A stretch of 32,000 nucleotides of DNA, taken from positions 1,187,343-1,219,342 of the forward strand of contig AP018288.1 of the NCBI GenBank assembly GCA_002368335.1, read 5' to 3'. The notes below the pieces were generated by a model. It had not been told where the DNA came from. It saw only the letters and a program-made list of their open reading frames with translations, and did no database searches. The position numbers were made by a program, and so were the translations under genes. Position 1 is the stretch's first letter, and the number at the start of each line of letters is the position of its first letter. Origin of the DNA: Nostoc sp. NIES-4103. GTDB taxonomy: Bacteria; Cyanobacteriota; Cyanobacteriia; Cyanobacteriales; Nostocaceae. Positions 16,142-25,759 of this stretch are shown here, piece by piece.

Positions 16142-19100
16142 ATGTTCACCCACGTCAAGTCCACCATTAGACATATTGCGCCAGATAACTTACGCGGACG
16201 TAATTTAATCAAGGTGGTCTATGTCGTGCTTGAGTCCCAATACCAGAGTGCATTGTCACAAGCGGTTCGCACGATTAACTCGAATAATCCTAATTTGGCG
16301 ATTGAAATTAGCGGTTACTTGATTGAAGAACTCCGCGACCCAGAGAACTATGATGAGTTCAAACGGGACATGGAAAGTGCCAATATTTTCATCGCCTCAC
16401 TTATTTTCATAGAAGACCTAGCTCAAAAAGTAGTTACAGCAGTCGAACCACACCGCGATCGCTTGGATGTTGCCGTAGTATTCCCATCAATGCCAGAGGT
16501 AATGCGCCTAAATAAAATGGGCACTTTTTCCTTAGCACAGTTGGGTCAGTCGAAGAGTGCGATCGCACAATTCATGCGGAAACGCAAAGAAAAATCCGGC
16601 GCGGGATTCCAAGATGGGATGCTAAAGCTGCTGCGAACGCTGCCGCAAGTGCTGAAGTTCCTACCAATGGACAAGGCACAGGACGCACGTAATTTCATGC
16701 TCAGCTTTCAGTATTGGCTGGGGGGTTCTCCAGACAACTTGGAAAACTTCTTGCTGATGCTAGCTGATAAATATGTATTTAAAGGCGTAGAGAAACAAAA
16801 TGTTGCATCTGTTGAATATGAAGCACCAGTAGTTTACCCTGATATGGGGGTTTGGCATCCTTTAGCCCCTAGCATGTTTGAGGATGTCAGAGAGTACCTC
16901 AACTGGTATACTGCCCGCAAGGATATTTCCAAAGATTTGAAAGATCCTTTGGCTCCCTGTGTGGGCTTGGTATTACAACGCACTCACCTAGTTACAGGGG
17001 ATGATGCCCATTATGTAGCGATGGTGCAGGAGTTGGAAGCACTAGGGGCGCGGGTACTGCCTGTATTTGCCGGCGGTTTGGATTTCTCTAAGCCTGTGGA
17101 TGCATACTTCTACGAACCGACCACCAACACCCCGTTAGTAGATGCAGTGGTATCGCTAACTGGTTTTGCTTTGGTAGGGGGCCCCGCTAGACAAGACCAT
17201 CCCAAAGCCATTGAATCACTCAAACGCTTAAACCGTCCTTACATGGTGGCGTTACCCTTAGTCTTCCAAACCACAGAAGAGTGGATGGATAGCGATTTAG
17301 GGTTGCATCCCATTCAAGTGGCTTTGCAAATTGCTATTCCTGAATTGGATGGGGCAATTGAACCGATTATATTATCGGGTAGAGATGGGGCAACCGGGAA
17401 AGCGATCGCTCTCCAAGACCGCATCGAAGCAGTAGCACAACGAGCGTTAAAATGGGCTAACCTCCGCCGGAAGCCGAAGCTCAACAAAAAAGTTGCCATC
17501 ACCGTATTCAGCTTCCCCCCCGATAAAGGTAACGTTGGTACCGCTGCATACCTGGATGTATTCGGTTCCATCTACGAGGTGATGAAAGCCCTCAAAAATA
17601 ACGGCTACGACCTGCCAGAATTGCCAGAATCAGCCGCAGCGTTGATGCAAGAAGTCATCCACGACGCCCAAGCGCAGTACAGCAGCCCTGAACTCAACAT
17701 CGCCTACAAGATGTCAGTTCCAGAGTATGAAGCACTCACCCCTTATTCTCAACGCTTAGAAGAGAACTGGGGCCCACCACCAGGACATCTTAACAGTGAC
17801 GGACAAAACTTACTGATTTACGGCAAACAATTTGGTAACGTCTTCATCGGCGTCCAGCCTACCTTCGGTTACGAAGGCGACCCCATGCGGTTGTTGTTCT
17901 CCCGTTCAGCTAGTCCTCACCACGGCTTTGCTGCTTACTACACTTACTTAGAACAAGTTTGGCAAGCTGACGCAGTGTTGCACTTTGGTACCCACGGTTC
18001 CTTGGAATTCATGCCAGGTAAACAGATGGGTATGTCTGGTGAATGTTATCCCGATAACTTAATTGGCACAATTCCCAATCTGTATTATTACGCAGCCAAT
18101 AATCCCAGCGAAGCGACAATTGCCAAGCGTCGGGGTTATGCCGAAACAATTTCTTACTTAACGCCTCCGGCAGAAAATGCTGGTTTATACAAAGGTTTGA
18201 AAGAACTTAGCGAATTAATCGGTTCTTACCAAACCTTGAAAGATACCGGACGCGGCGTTCCCATCGTTAACACCATCATGGATAAATGCCGGATGGTGAA
18301 CTTGGATAAAGATATCGCCTTGCCAGAAATTGATGCCAAGGATATGACCGCCGACGAGCGGGATAATATTGTCGGCAGCGTCTACCGCAAGTTGATGGAA
18401 ATCGAATCTCGGTTATTGCCTTGTGGTTTGCACGTCATTGGGAAACCGCCGAGTGCTGAGGAAGCCATAGCAACTTTGGTTAACATCGCCAGCTTAGACC
18501 GTACAGAAGAAGAAATTCTCAGCTTACCGAGAATTATCGCCAACAGCTTGGGACGTAACATTGACGAAATTTACCAAAACAGCGACAAAGGCGTTTTAGA
18601 AGATGTCCAGCTATTGCAAGACATCACCTTAGCAACCCGCGAAGCAGTTGGTGCCCTTGTCAAAGAACAAACCGACGCTGAAGGACGGGTTTCTCTGGTT
18701 TCCCGGTTGAATTTCTTCAATATGGGCAAAAAGGAACCTTGGGTGGAAGCACTGCATAAAGCAGGTTATGCCAAAGTGGATAACGCAGCACTCAAACCTT
18801 TGTTTGAGTATTTGGAATTCTGTTTGCAGCAAGTTTGTGCTGACAACGAATTAGGCGCATTACTCCAAGGCTTAGAAGGCGAGTATATCCTACCTGGCCC
18901 TGGTGGCGATCCCATCCGCAACCCGGATGTATTGCCCACAGGTAAGAATATTCATGCCCTTGACCCTCAATCAATTCCGACAACCGCAGCAGTACAATCA
19001 GCCAAAATCGTTGTCGATAGACTTTTGGCACGTAACAAAGCTGAAAACGGCGGTCAATGGCCCGAAACCATCGCCTGTGTGCTTTGGGGAACCGATAACA

Positions 19101-20128
19101 TCAAAACTTACGGGGAATCCCTAGCGCAAATCATGTGGATGGTAGGTGTGCGTCCGGTTCCCGATACCTTGGGAAGGGTGAACAAGTTAGAATTGATACC
19201 CTTAGAAGAGTTGGGTCGCCCTAGAATTGACGTGGTGATTAACTGTTCTGGTGTATTCCGCGACTTGTTCATCAACCAAATGAACCTGCTAGACCAAGCG
19301 GTGAAAATGGCGGCTGAGGCGGATGAACCGTTAGAAATGAACTTTGTCCGCAAACATGCTTTGCAGCAAGCCGAGGAAATGGGAATTAATCTGCGTCAAG
19401 CAGCAACTCGCGTTTTCTCTAACGCTTCCGGTTCCTATTCGTCAAATATCAACTTGGCGGTGGAAAACAGCACTTGGGAAAGCGAAGCCGAGTTGCAGGA
19501 AATGTATCTTAACCGGAAATCCTTCGCCTTCAATTCCGATAACCCAGGTATGATGGATGAGTCCCGGCAGATTTTTGAAAGCACTTTGAAAACTGCTGAT
19601 GCAACTTTCCAAAACTTGGATTCTTCCGAGATTAGCTTGACGGATGTTTCCCACTACTTCGACTCAGACCCCACCAAGCTTGTAGCAAGTCTGCGTGGTG
19701 ATGGTAAAACACCAGCATCTTACATTGCAGACACCACCACAGCCAATGCACAAGTGCGGACATTATCAGAAACCGTCCGCTTAGATGCGCGTACCAAATT
19801 GTTAAATCCCAAATGGTACGAGGGGATGTTGTCTCACGGTTACGAAGGCGTGCGCGAACTCTCCAAACGGTTGGTAAATACAATGGGTTGGAGTGCGACA
19901 GCCGGCGCTGTGGATAACTGGATTTACGAGGATACTAACGAAACGTTCATCAAAGATGAAGCGATGCGGAATCGATTGATGAATCTCAATCCTCATTCTT
20001 TCCGCAAGGTTGTATCAACCTTGTTAGAAGTGAATGGTCGCGGTTATTGGGAAACTAGCGAAAGTAATTTAGAATTGCTGCGCGAGTTGTACCAAGAAGT
20101 TGAAGACCGGATTGAAGGGATAGAGTAG
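16142..20128 (+). CDS. chlH: magnesium chelatase subunit H (protoporphyrin IX Mg-chelatase large subunit)
   Basis: 1328-aa ORF of CobN/ChlH size and sequence character. The N-terminus [31 protein letters not shown] is typical of cyanobacterial ChlH. Confidence 0.95.
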   Translation: MFTHVKSTIRHIAPDNLRGRNLIKVVYVVLESQYQSALSQAVRTINSNNPNLAIEISGYLIEELRDPENYDEFKRDMESANIFIASLIFIEDLAQKVVTAVEPHRDRLDVAVVFPSMPEVMRLNKMGTFSLAQLGQSKSAIAQFMRKRKEKSGAGFQDGMLKLLRTLPQVLKFLPMDKAQDARNFMLSFQYWLGGSPDNLENFLLMLADKYVFKGVEKQNVASVEYEAPVVYPDMGVWHPLAPSMFEDVREYLNWYTARKDISKDLKDPLAPCVGLVLQRTHLVTGDDAHYVAMVQELEALGARVLPVFAGGLDFSKPVDAYFYEPTTNTPLVDAVVSLTGFALVGGPARQDHPKAIESLKRLNRPYMVALPLVFQTTEEWMDSDLGLHPIQVALQIAIPELDGAIEPIILSGRDGATGKAIALQDRIEAVAQRALKWANLRRKPKLNKKVAITVFSFPPDKGNVGTAAYLDVFGSIYEVMKALKNNGYDLPELPESAAALMQEVIHDAQAQYSSPELNIAYKMSVPEYEALTPYSQRLEENWGPPPGHLNSDGQNLLIYGKQFGNVFIGVQPTFGYEGDPMRLLFSRSASPHHGFAAYYTYLEQVWQADAVLHFGTHGSLEFMPGKQMGMSGECYPDNLIGTIPNLYYYAANNPSEATIAKRRGYAETISYLTPPAENAGLYKGLKELSELIGSYQTLKDTGRGVPIVNTIMDKCRMVNLDKDIALPEIDAKDMTADERDNIVGSVYRKLMEIESRLLPCGLHVIGKPPSAEEAIATLVNIASLDRTEEEILSLPRIIANSLGRNIDEIYQNSDKGVLEDVQLLQDITLATREAVGALVKEQTDAEGRVSLVSRLNFFNMGKKEPWVEALHKAGYAKVDNAALKPLFEYLEFCLQQVCADNELGALLQGLEGEYILPGPGGDPIRNPDVLPTGKNIHALDPQSIPTTAAVQSAKIVVDRLLARNKAENGGQWPETIACVLWGTDNIKTYGESLAQIMWMVGVRPVPDTLGRVNKLELIPLEELGRPRIDVVINCSGVFRDLFINQMNLLDQAVKMAAEADEPLEMNFVRKHALQQAEEMGINLRQAATRVFSNASGSYSSNINLAVENSTWESEAELQEMYLNRKSFAFNSDNPGMMDESRQIFESTLKTADATFQNLDSSEISLTDVSHYFDSDPTKLVASLRGDGKTPASYIADTTTANAQVRTLSETVRLDARTKLLNPKWYEGMLSHGYEGVRELSKRLVNTMGWSATAGAVDNWIYEDTNETFIKDEAMRNRLMNLNPHSFRKVVSTLLEVNGRGYWETSESNLELLRELYQEVEDRIEGIE

Positions 20129-20157
20129 GTTATCACTGTTTAGAAAATTAAATAAAA

Positions 20158-20194
20158 ATGTAGAGACTTTATATTTAAAGTCTCTACATTTTTT
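20158..20194 (+). terminator. rho-independent terminator of chlH
   Basis: 13-bp perfect stem atgtagagacttt / aaagtctctacat with loop atattt, followed by ttttt. Confidence 0.85.
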
Positions 20195-20299
20195 ATGTGT
20201 TGTTACAGTTTTGAAGTCGCACTCCTGTAAACCTTAGATATCATGTTTTGATCCATTAACCCATTAACAGAAACTGCGGCTATGGTCGTTCTTACTGAT

Positions 20300-20315
20300 T
20301 GTGATATAAATCACA
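20300..20315. promoter_or_regulatory. perfect CRP-family consensus site TGTGA-N6-TCACA
   Basis: tgtgatataaatcaca, about 100 nt upstream of the AIPR start. Confidence 0.55.
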
Positions 20316-20332
20316 ACTATTTAGCATCATAT

Positions 20333-20348
20333 TGTGGTATAAATCACT
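20333..20348. promoter_or_regulatory. second, imperfect CRP-like site TGTGG-N6-TCACT
   Basis: tgtggtataaatcact is centred 33 nt from the first site. It is part of a 22-nt direct repeat (20298-20319 versus 20331-20352, 2 mismatches). Confidence 0.45.
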
Positions 20349-20412
20349 ACTACTCAGTTATTAACTGATTTCTATAACTAAATCTATATTTTAATACATT
20401 TAGGAAAAATAC

Positions 20413-21225
20413 ATGGCTGGCAATGATAGCATAGTTCTCGATAATATTATCAAGCAAAAAATAAATAAAAGTGACAATACATTACCTGATGATGAATTTT
20501 TTGAACTATTTACATTTGAGCAAATTTTAAAAAAATATGACCTTTCATATGACGAGTTAAGTTATGGAAAAATAGGAGGAGGAGATGATGGAGGAATCGA
20601 TGGATTCTTCATTTTTATTAATAATGATTTTGTTAGTGAAGATATAGAATTAGACAATTTTAAGAAAAGTCCTTATATCCAATTATTTTTAATTCAATCA
20701 AAACGCTCTGATTCTTTTTCTGAAAAAGCCATCGAGAAATGGCTTTCAACTACAATGAATATTTTTGATTTAGAAAAAAATATTGAACAAATACAAAACT
20801 ATTATAATTCTGATTTAATTAATAAAGTGATTTTTTTCCGTGAATTGTATCTCAATCTGGCATCACAACATCCTTCTATTGAAATAACATATGTATACGC
20901 AAGTAAAGGTGACGTATCAGCTATAAATCAAAAGGTACTGAATCAATCTGAAGTATTAAAACAAAATACTGGTAGATACTTTCCTGGAGCCAAGGTTAAC
21001 GTTAACTTTGTTGGCGCACGAGAACTAATTGATTCTTCTCGACTTGAAAAAAGCTATACCTTACAGTTAAAGTTCATTGAGAATGATATTTCTAGAGGTG
21101 AAGATAATTATGTTATTCTAGCCTCTTTAAAAGATTATTATAATTTTGTGACTTACGATAATAAGGAACTACGCACATATATATTTGCTTTTAATGTTCG
21201 AGATTATCACTGGACTTTAGACTAA
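20413..21225 (+). pseudogene. AIPR-family abortive-infection protein, N-terminal ~270 codons only, truncated by IS insertion
   Basis: FELFTFEQILKKYDLSYDELSYGKIGGGDDGGIDGFFIF...IQLFLIQSKRS matches the endonuclease-like N-terminal region of AIPR proteins. The ORF ends ...NVRDYHW and the stop codon (21223-21225) lies inside the IS terminal repeat. The region is very AT-rich. Confidence 0.7.
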
Positions 21226-22730
21226 AACAGAGCGATCGGTAAATAATGGGGCTGCAAAAAGTGAAGGGATGCCTGTAAGAACAAGCACCCCAGTAACGGA
21301 AGATGAAAGAAGCACTACCAACCTTCACGACTCCGTTATGGATGTTTTTGCACAATTGAGAGAATTTCGTCAAGCAGCATACCAATGTTTGTGTAGAGCA
21401 AAGGATGCAACTTTTGAATTGATGGATGCAATATTGCTGACACGCAACGCTTACAGTTTGGCAGATTTATCAATGTGTCCGGTGTTTCGCCGTCAATGGC
21501 CAAGTATCTATGAAGCAATACAGGATACCAGACCGCAGCGCCATAAGTTAATGCGACTGTATATTAAAAACATCCCAAAACAAGAACGTATCATCCTAGC
21601 AGGAGACCATACAGTATGGTCAAGACCAGATGCTCCGACTCTGCGAGAAAGAACATACGAGCATTATACTACTGGTGGAAGAGGTGGTCGTCCCATTACC
21701 CTTGGATACGGATACAGTACCATAGCCTGGATACCCGAAACTGAAGGCAGTTGGGCATTACCACTAAGACATGAGCGAATAACAAGTTGGGAAAATCCCA
21801 TAGATAAAGCCGTTTGGCAGCTAAAACAAGTGTGTCAGGATTTACCATCTCGACCAATCACATTATGGGACATCGAATACGGATGTGCGCCTTTTGTGAA
21901 TAAAACTGCTGACATTAAGGCAGATAAACTGATGCGGTTGCGTTCTAATTTGTGCTTATGGGGAGAACCACCAAAATACTCAGGCAAGGGGAAACCACGA
22001 GTACACGGTGATAAGTTTAAACTTAATGATGACAGTACTTGGTCTGTTCCAGAACAAACTATTGAACTTGAAGATACCAAACTGGGTAGGGTAAGGATTC
22101 GCCTGTGGACGAAAAAGCATTTTCGTCTTTCCCCACACCATCCGATGTCAATTATACTAGTGGAAAGACTACAAAAGGATGGCTCACCACGAGTCAACAA
22201 ACCAATGTGGTTGGCTTTTGTGGGTGAGGAAATGCCATCTCTATGTAAGGTTTGGAAACTGTACCTGCGCCGTTTTGCAGTTGATCATTGGTATCGGTTT
22301 ATTAAACAACGTTTGCATTGGACGCTACCAAAGCTTTCTACTCCCCAACAATGTGACCGATGGAGTGATCTGATGCCACTAATGACCTGGGAGTTATGGC
22401 TGGCTCGTGATATCGTTAGTGACAATCCCCTCCCCTGGCAAAAACAGATGTCTGTGCTTACTCCTGGACGGGTTGCACAAGCTATGCCTGGGATTTTGCT
22501 CAGGGTTTCTACTCCTGCCCAAGCGCCAAAACCACGAGGTAAATCTCCTGGCTGGAAGACCGGACAACACAGACAACGTAGAACTCGCTATCCTATCGTC
22601 AAAAAGCGTACTTCATCCTCACGTAAAGTACAGCCAAAAACCGCCTGATTTTTCATTTTTTGAAATTTTTACTTTGCTTCTTTTACACTCAGCTTAAGTG
22701 AGTCATTTTGTGCTTTTAGTCTAAAGTACA
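21211..22730 (+). mobile_element. insertion sequence (~1.5 kb) with 14-17-bp terminal inverted repeats
   Basis: The left end is tggACTTTAGACTAAAAcag (21211-21230). The reverse complement of the right end (22711-22730) reads tgtACTTTAGACTAAAAgca. It carries a single transposase ORF. No clear target-site duplication was seen. Confidence 0.8.
21269..22648 (+). CDS. DDE-type transposase (IS4/IS701-like; resembles the cyanobacterial putative transposase family)
   Basis: 459-aa ORF with candidate catalytic regions LAGDHTVWSRPDAP, ITLWDIEYGCAPF and RRFAVDHWYRFIKQRLHW, plus a basic C-terminus. An alternative start is M at 21338. Confidence 0.75.
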   Translation: MPVRTSTPVTEDERSTTNLHDSVMDVFAQLREFRQAAYQCLCRAKDATFELMDAILLTRNAYSLADLSMCPVFRRQWPSIYEAIQDTRPQRHKLMRLYIKNIPKQERIILAGDHTVWSRPDAPTLRERTYEHYTTGGRGGRPITLGYGYSTIAWIPETEGSWALPLRHERITSWENPIDKAVWQLKQVCQDLPSRPITLWDIEYGCAPFVNKTADIKADKLMRLRSNLCLWGEPPKYSGKGKPRVHGDKFKLNDDSTWSVPEQTIELEDTKLGRVRIRLWTKKHFRLSPHHPMSIILVERLQKDGSPRVNKPMWLAFVGEEMPSLCKVWKLYLRRFAVDHWYRFIKQRLHWTLPKLSTPQQCDRWSDLMPLMTWELWLARDIVSDNPLPWQKQMSVLTPGRVAQAMPGILLRVSTPAQAPKPRGKSPGWKTGQHRQRRTRYPIVKKRTSSSRKVQPKTA

Positions 22731-22812
22731 GTTTCAAGTATTCTGCGATCGCTTGATGAGTTTGACATCATCAAATATATTTCCAAAGAGCTATGTCTGA
22801 CGAGCAAAAAAG

Positions 22813-23256
22813 TTAAGCTATTAATTGATTTAAAACTAACACTGTTAACCCCGGTAGCGATGGCAAACGTGCATCATTAGTTAAGAAAAATGATGCACCC
22901 GCATGAATAGCAGTAGCAATCTGAATAGCATCTGGGGTTCTCAAGTTGTAATCTGCTCTTAATTGTGCAGCAGTTTCAGCGATGTCTGGAAAAACTTCCA
23001 TAGTCGTTAAACCTTGCGAATTGAACAAAATATCACGATATTGTTGCGCTAATCCTGTGTTTCGTTGCCGCAAAGGATAGACTAATACTTCTGATACAGT
23101 TATAACTGATGTTACAACACTAAACTCACCACGAAACATTGCTTCAAAGAAAGCATCTGTAATATCCAAATAATGAGGATTTTCTTCTATAAAGTAAATC
23201 AGTGGTGCGGTATCCAATCCCACAACTTGAGATTGTAGCGGGACTAACCATTCCAT
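22813..23256 (-). CDS. vapC: PIN-domain ribonuclease toxin VapC
   Basis: Acidic PIN motifs are present: GLDTAPLIYF, VSEVLV, TPDAIQIATA and LTNDARL. It overlaps the upstream antitoxin by 13 nt. Confidence 0.85.
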   Translation of the reverse strand: MEWLVPLQSQVVGLDTAPLIYFIEENPHYLDITDAFFEAMFRGEFSVVTSVITVSEVLVYPLRQRNTGLAQQYRDILFNSQGLTTMEVFPDIAETAAQLRADYNLRTPDAIQIATAIHAGASFFLTNDARLPSLPGLTVLVLNQLIA

Positions 23257-23465
23257 GAATCACGTTCCTCATTGACATATTCTTGAGCATCAATACCATT
23301 CCAAATTTCTTTACCCAACCCACGCAATTCCATAATGCTACGTTTTGGCTTAGATTTGATTGTCATTTGTTGACGAATTAATCTTGATAAGTCTTCAATT
23401 AAGCGTATTTGTTCTTCAGGTGTGAGACTTTGAGCTTGATGTAATACTTCTTGATAACTAGACAT
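23244..23465 (-). CDS. VapB-type antitoxin (small helical)
   Basis: 73-aa ORF immediately upstream of and overlapping vapC. It contains SLTPEEQIRLIEDLSRLIRQQ. Confidence 0.7.
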   Translation of the reverse strand: MSSYQEVLHQAQSLTPEEQIRLIEDLSRLIRQQMTIKSKPKRSIMELRGLGKEIWNGIDAQEYVNEERDSWNG

Positions 23466-23640
23466 AAGATTTATAATTTTAATTTTCTGCTTCTAAATCT
23501 AATATATACAGAAAGGTCTGGTTTGACACTCATACAAACTCCCATTCTCCAGTAGGCTTAATCTCAAGATTAATTTCATAGTCTAACGACAAGCTACTGT
23601 GCGTCTACGCTATTTAGGCATCAAAGCATAAAATCAAAGC

Positions 23641-23859
23641 ATGACCATTGATAAAACGAATATGCTAAAAACGCTTTGGGCTACTGTTCGCCAAGGAAAA
23701 ATAGAACTGCTGGAGTCTGCGGAATTACCGGAAGGAACAAGGGTGTTAGTAACGCTGCTTCCTGATGATGAAACTGAATTTTGGCTTCAAGTTAGTCAAA
23801 CATCATTAGACGCAGTTTGGGATAACGCAGAGGATGATGTCTATGCCCAACTACTTTAA
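23641..23859 (+). CDS. putative antitoxin (swapped-hairpin-like N-terminus, acidic tail)
   Basis: 72 aa: ATVRQGKIELLESAELPEGTRVLVTLLPDDE. Its 3' end overlaps the ATG of a toxin remnant. Confidence 0.55.
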   Translation: MTIDKTNMLKTLWATVRQGKIELLESAELPEGTRVLVTLLPDDETEFWLQVSQTSLDAVWDNAEDDVYAQLL

Positions 23860-23953
23860 AAATGACATTATTTAACCTAAAGGTTATCAAGCCAAAGCCT
23901 ATCAAGTAAAACAAGTCCGTGCAGTAATTCTCAAGTATCAGCTAGGAGGTTAA
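23843..23953 (+). pseudogene. collapsed toxin remnant (MazF/PemK-like N-terminus), internal stop plus internal deletion
   Basis: One frame reads MPNYFKNDII*PKGYQAKAYQVKQVRAVILKYQLGG*. The first 10 codons resemble the start of cyanobacterial PemK/MazF-type toxins (from memory). The total of 36 codons is far too short. Confidence 0.4.
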
Positions 23954-23954
23954 G

Positions 23955-24167
23955 ATGACGCTTCATTATGAAATAATTCTCTACTGGAGTGAAGAAGACC
24001 AAGCATTTATCGCCGAAGTTCCAGAATTACCTGGGTGTGCTGCTGATGGTGAAACTTATATTGAAGCATTACAAAATGTAGAAATAATTATGCAGGAGTG
24101 GATTGAAACTGCTCAAGACAATGGTCGTTCAATTCTTCAACCAAGACGGCGCTTGATGTCTGCCTAA
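23955..24167 (+). CDS. HicB-family (UPF0150) antitoxin, no intact partner
   Basis: YEIILYWSEEDQAFIAEVPELPGCAADGETYIEALQNVEIIMQEWIETA is the typical HicB N-terminal domain. Confidence 0.75.
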   Translation: MTLHYEIILYWSEEDQAFIAEVPELPGCAADGETYIEALQNVEIIMQEWIETAQDNGRSILQPRRRLMSA

Positions 24168-24318
24168 TTAATCATAATACAAAGTGTGTAGATGCAAAGC
24201 TATGAAGCTACGCGTCTTTGCCTACTGTGCAATCATAGGATACGCGATCGCACTTTGGTTAGGTGCGGAATGCAGCGTGAGTTATAGATTGCAGTTTTCA
24301 TTTCATCCAATAGTAGCC

Positions 24319-24350
24319 TGACAGTCAACAGTCATCAGTCAACAGTTATC
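24319..24350. repeat. STRR heptamers (GTCAACA/GTCATCA) spanning the stop codon of the adjacent CDS
   Basis: tgacagtcaacagtcatcagtcaacagttatc. The last codons (..ITVD*) of the minus-strand gene lie within it. Confidence 0.8.
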
Positions 24351-25120
24351 TGTGTACCAATTGATGGACGGTTAAATGCTTCCCAGGCATTGCCACCACG
24401 CAGGAAAACTTCCATCCAGCGGGTATCTTTGCCTTGTGCATCAGTCCAACCACTGCTACCAGGTGCAAAAGCTAACTGTCCAGATTCAACAGCAAAGCTA
24501 CCATCGCTTTTTATCGCTTCGTGTTGCTTTTCAGCAATTTGCAAACGTACAACTTGTTCTTCATGGGCCTTTGTAGCCTCATGTTTAATCGTGGTTTTCA
24601 AGTTGCCGTAACCGTCAATATAAGCAATACAGTTGGGTGGTACGTCGGGTATCTCAGAAGGTGATATTTTATCATCTAGAGCATCCGCTTGACCTAATGC
24701 GATCGCACCCGCTGCCTCTGGAAACAAATCACGAGAACGAAACTGTGAACCTTCTGCCGCAACCGCAGCCCAACGCAACTCCACAGCCAGATCCCGCACA
24801 AACGAGAAAGCATAACCTGCATTCACACCGATAACCCGCACACCCGTTGGTAGGCGTGCATAAGCCAAACGTTCACCTGCATTATCAGCACGCGCCTGTT
24901 CATCATCTTTGCGAGGCGCGACGTTGTGGTAAATAATTGTTCCGGCGGGGGCTTTATTCAAGCCCAACTGGGCGATACAAAAACCTGCCGCTAAGGTTGC
25001 AAAGGGTGGTACAGGTGTGAGTATCGGTTCAGCATCTGGTAGATAAAGTTTCAACTGCTGCACTACTTCTGCAAAGGCGAGGTCGCCAAAGCCGTAATCA
25101 GCAATGATGTGAACTAGCAT
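24335..25120 (-). CDS. divergent DUF62 / SAM hydroxide adenosyltransferase (chlorinase/fluorinase-fold) family protein
   Basis: Colinear matches to DUF62 landmarks: HIIADYGFGDLAFAEV (versus TDFG..D.YVG), FRSRDLFPEAAGAI (versus FHGRDIFGPAGA), IAYIDGYGNLKT (versus YID.FGN) and GQLAFAPGSSGW (versus GELLALPGS). Confidence 0.5.
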   Translation of the reverse strand: MLVHIIADYGFGDLAFAEVVQQLKLYLPDAEPILTPVPPFATLAAGFCIAQLGLNKAPAGTIIYHNVAPRKDDEQARADNAGERLAYARLPTGVRVIGVNAGYAFSFVRDLAVELRWAAVAAEGSQFRSRDLFPEAAGAIALGQADALDDKISPSEIPDVPPNCIAYIDGYGNLKTTIKHEATKAHEEQVVRLQIAEKQHEAIKSDGSFAVESGQLAFAPGSSGWTDAQGKDTRWMEVFLRGGNAWEAFNRPSIGTQITVD

Positions 25121-25368
25121 AAAGTTTTGTCTCCTTTATTCACGAACCTTGTTAGCGATCGCAACAACTTAAAAATTAATCAGTTCAGGATTCCCCAATT
25201 CTGAGTTTAAAAGTAATTAATTTAACAACAGATATTTTTTGAATAATTCCAAGTTAATAGTTACTGTGCGTTATATGCATGTATCAAATGACATAAAGTC
25301 TTTTATCTGTCCTATGCTTTATTGCTCCAGACGTTATGAATTGCGAACGTCCTAATCTTTCTGTATTA

Positions 25369-25522
25369 ACGTGAGTTCGATGAACCTCTCCCCAACCCCT
25401 CTCCGAAGCGGAGAGGGGCAGAAATATTCCCCGTTCTCAACGAAAAAATTAAGGTTTCAAAGCCTCTCTCCCTGTGGGGGAGAGGTTTGGAGAGGGGTTT
25501 TTTATATCCGTCGAACTCACGT
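25369..25522. mobile_element. MITE (~150 bp) with 12-13-bp perfect terminal inverted repeats and a flanking 7-8-bp duplication
   Basis: TIR arms are acgtgagttcga (25369-25380) and tcgaactcacgt (25511-25522). The flanking tgtatta(a) occurs at 25362-25369 and 25523-25530. Internal hairpins are built from cctctcccc/ggggagagg motifs. Confidence 0.8.
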
Positions 25523-25759
25523 TGTATTAATTTTGGCAATGAGCAAACCCTTATGAAATTCTTTGTCTATTTTTTTGTGGTTCATTAATTTAGCTGTAAA
25601 AATAAAGTAAATATACTTTAGATTTAGTTTTAAATTTAACTTTATATTTCCTAAGTAAGATTATTGTTTCTCTCAACAGCTGGATGGAACACTTGCAAAA
25701 CTTGATCACCGTAAAAGAGTGATTTTCTGAAAACAAGTTCTTCATCAAGAGGTCTAAAA

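Noticed and set aside
15956-16174. Minus-strand 72-aa ORF overlapping the chlH start.
   Set aside because: It spans the AT-rich chlH promoter and palindrome and overlaps the chlH start codon, so it is unlikely to be coding.
17314-19996. Multiple short ORFs on both strands within chlH.
   Set aside because: They are embedded in or antisense to a 1328-aa highly recognisable gene.
22728-22880. Open frame after the IS right end as the continuation of the AIPR gene.
   Set aside because: The translation (TVSSILRSLDEFDIIKYISKEL...) does not resemble the AIPR region expected after NVRDY, and it runs into the vapC 3' end on the other strand. The AIPR C-terminal half appears to be deleted.
25371-25385. 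gagttcgatgaacc resembling a tRNA T-arm (GTTCGA).
   Set aside because: No acceptor, D or anticodon arms can be built around it, and it is the terminal inverted repeat of the MITE. No tRNA or rRNA genes were recognised anywhere in the window.
25371-25556. 61-aa ORF.
   Set aside because: It lies entirely within a MITE that has terminal inverted repeats and a target duplication. It is a translated palindrome.
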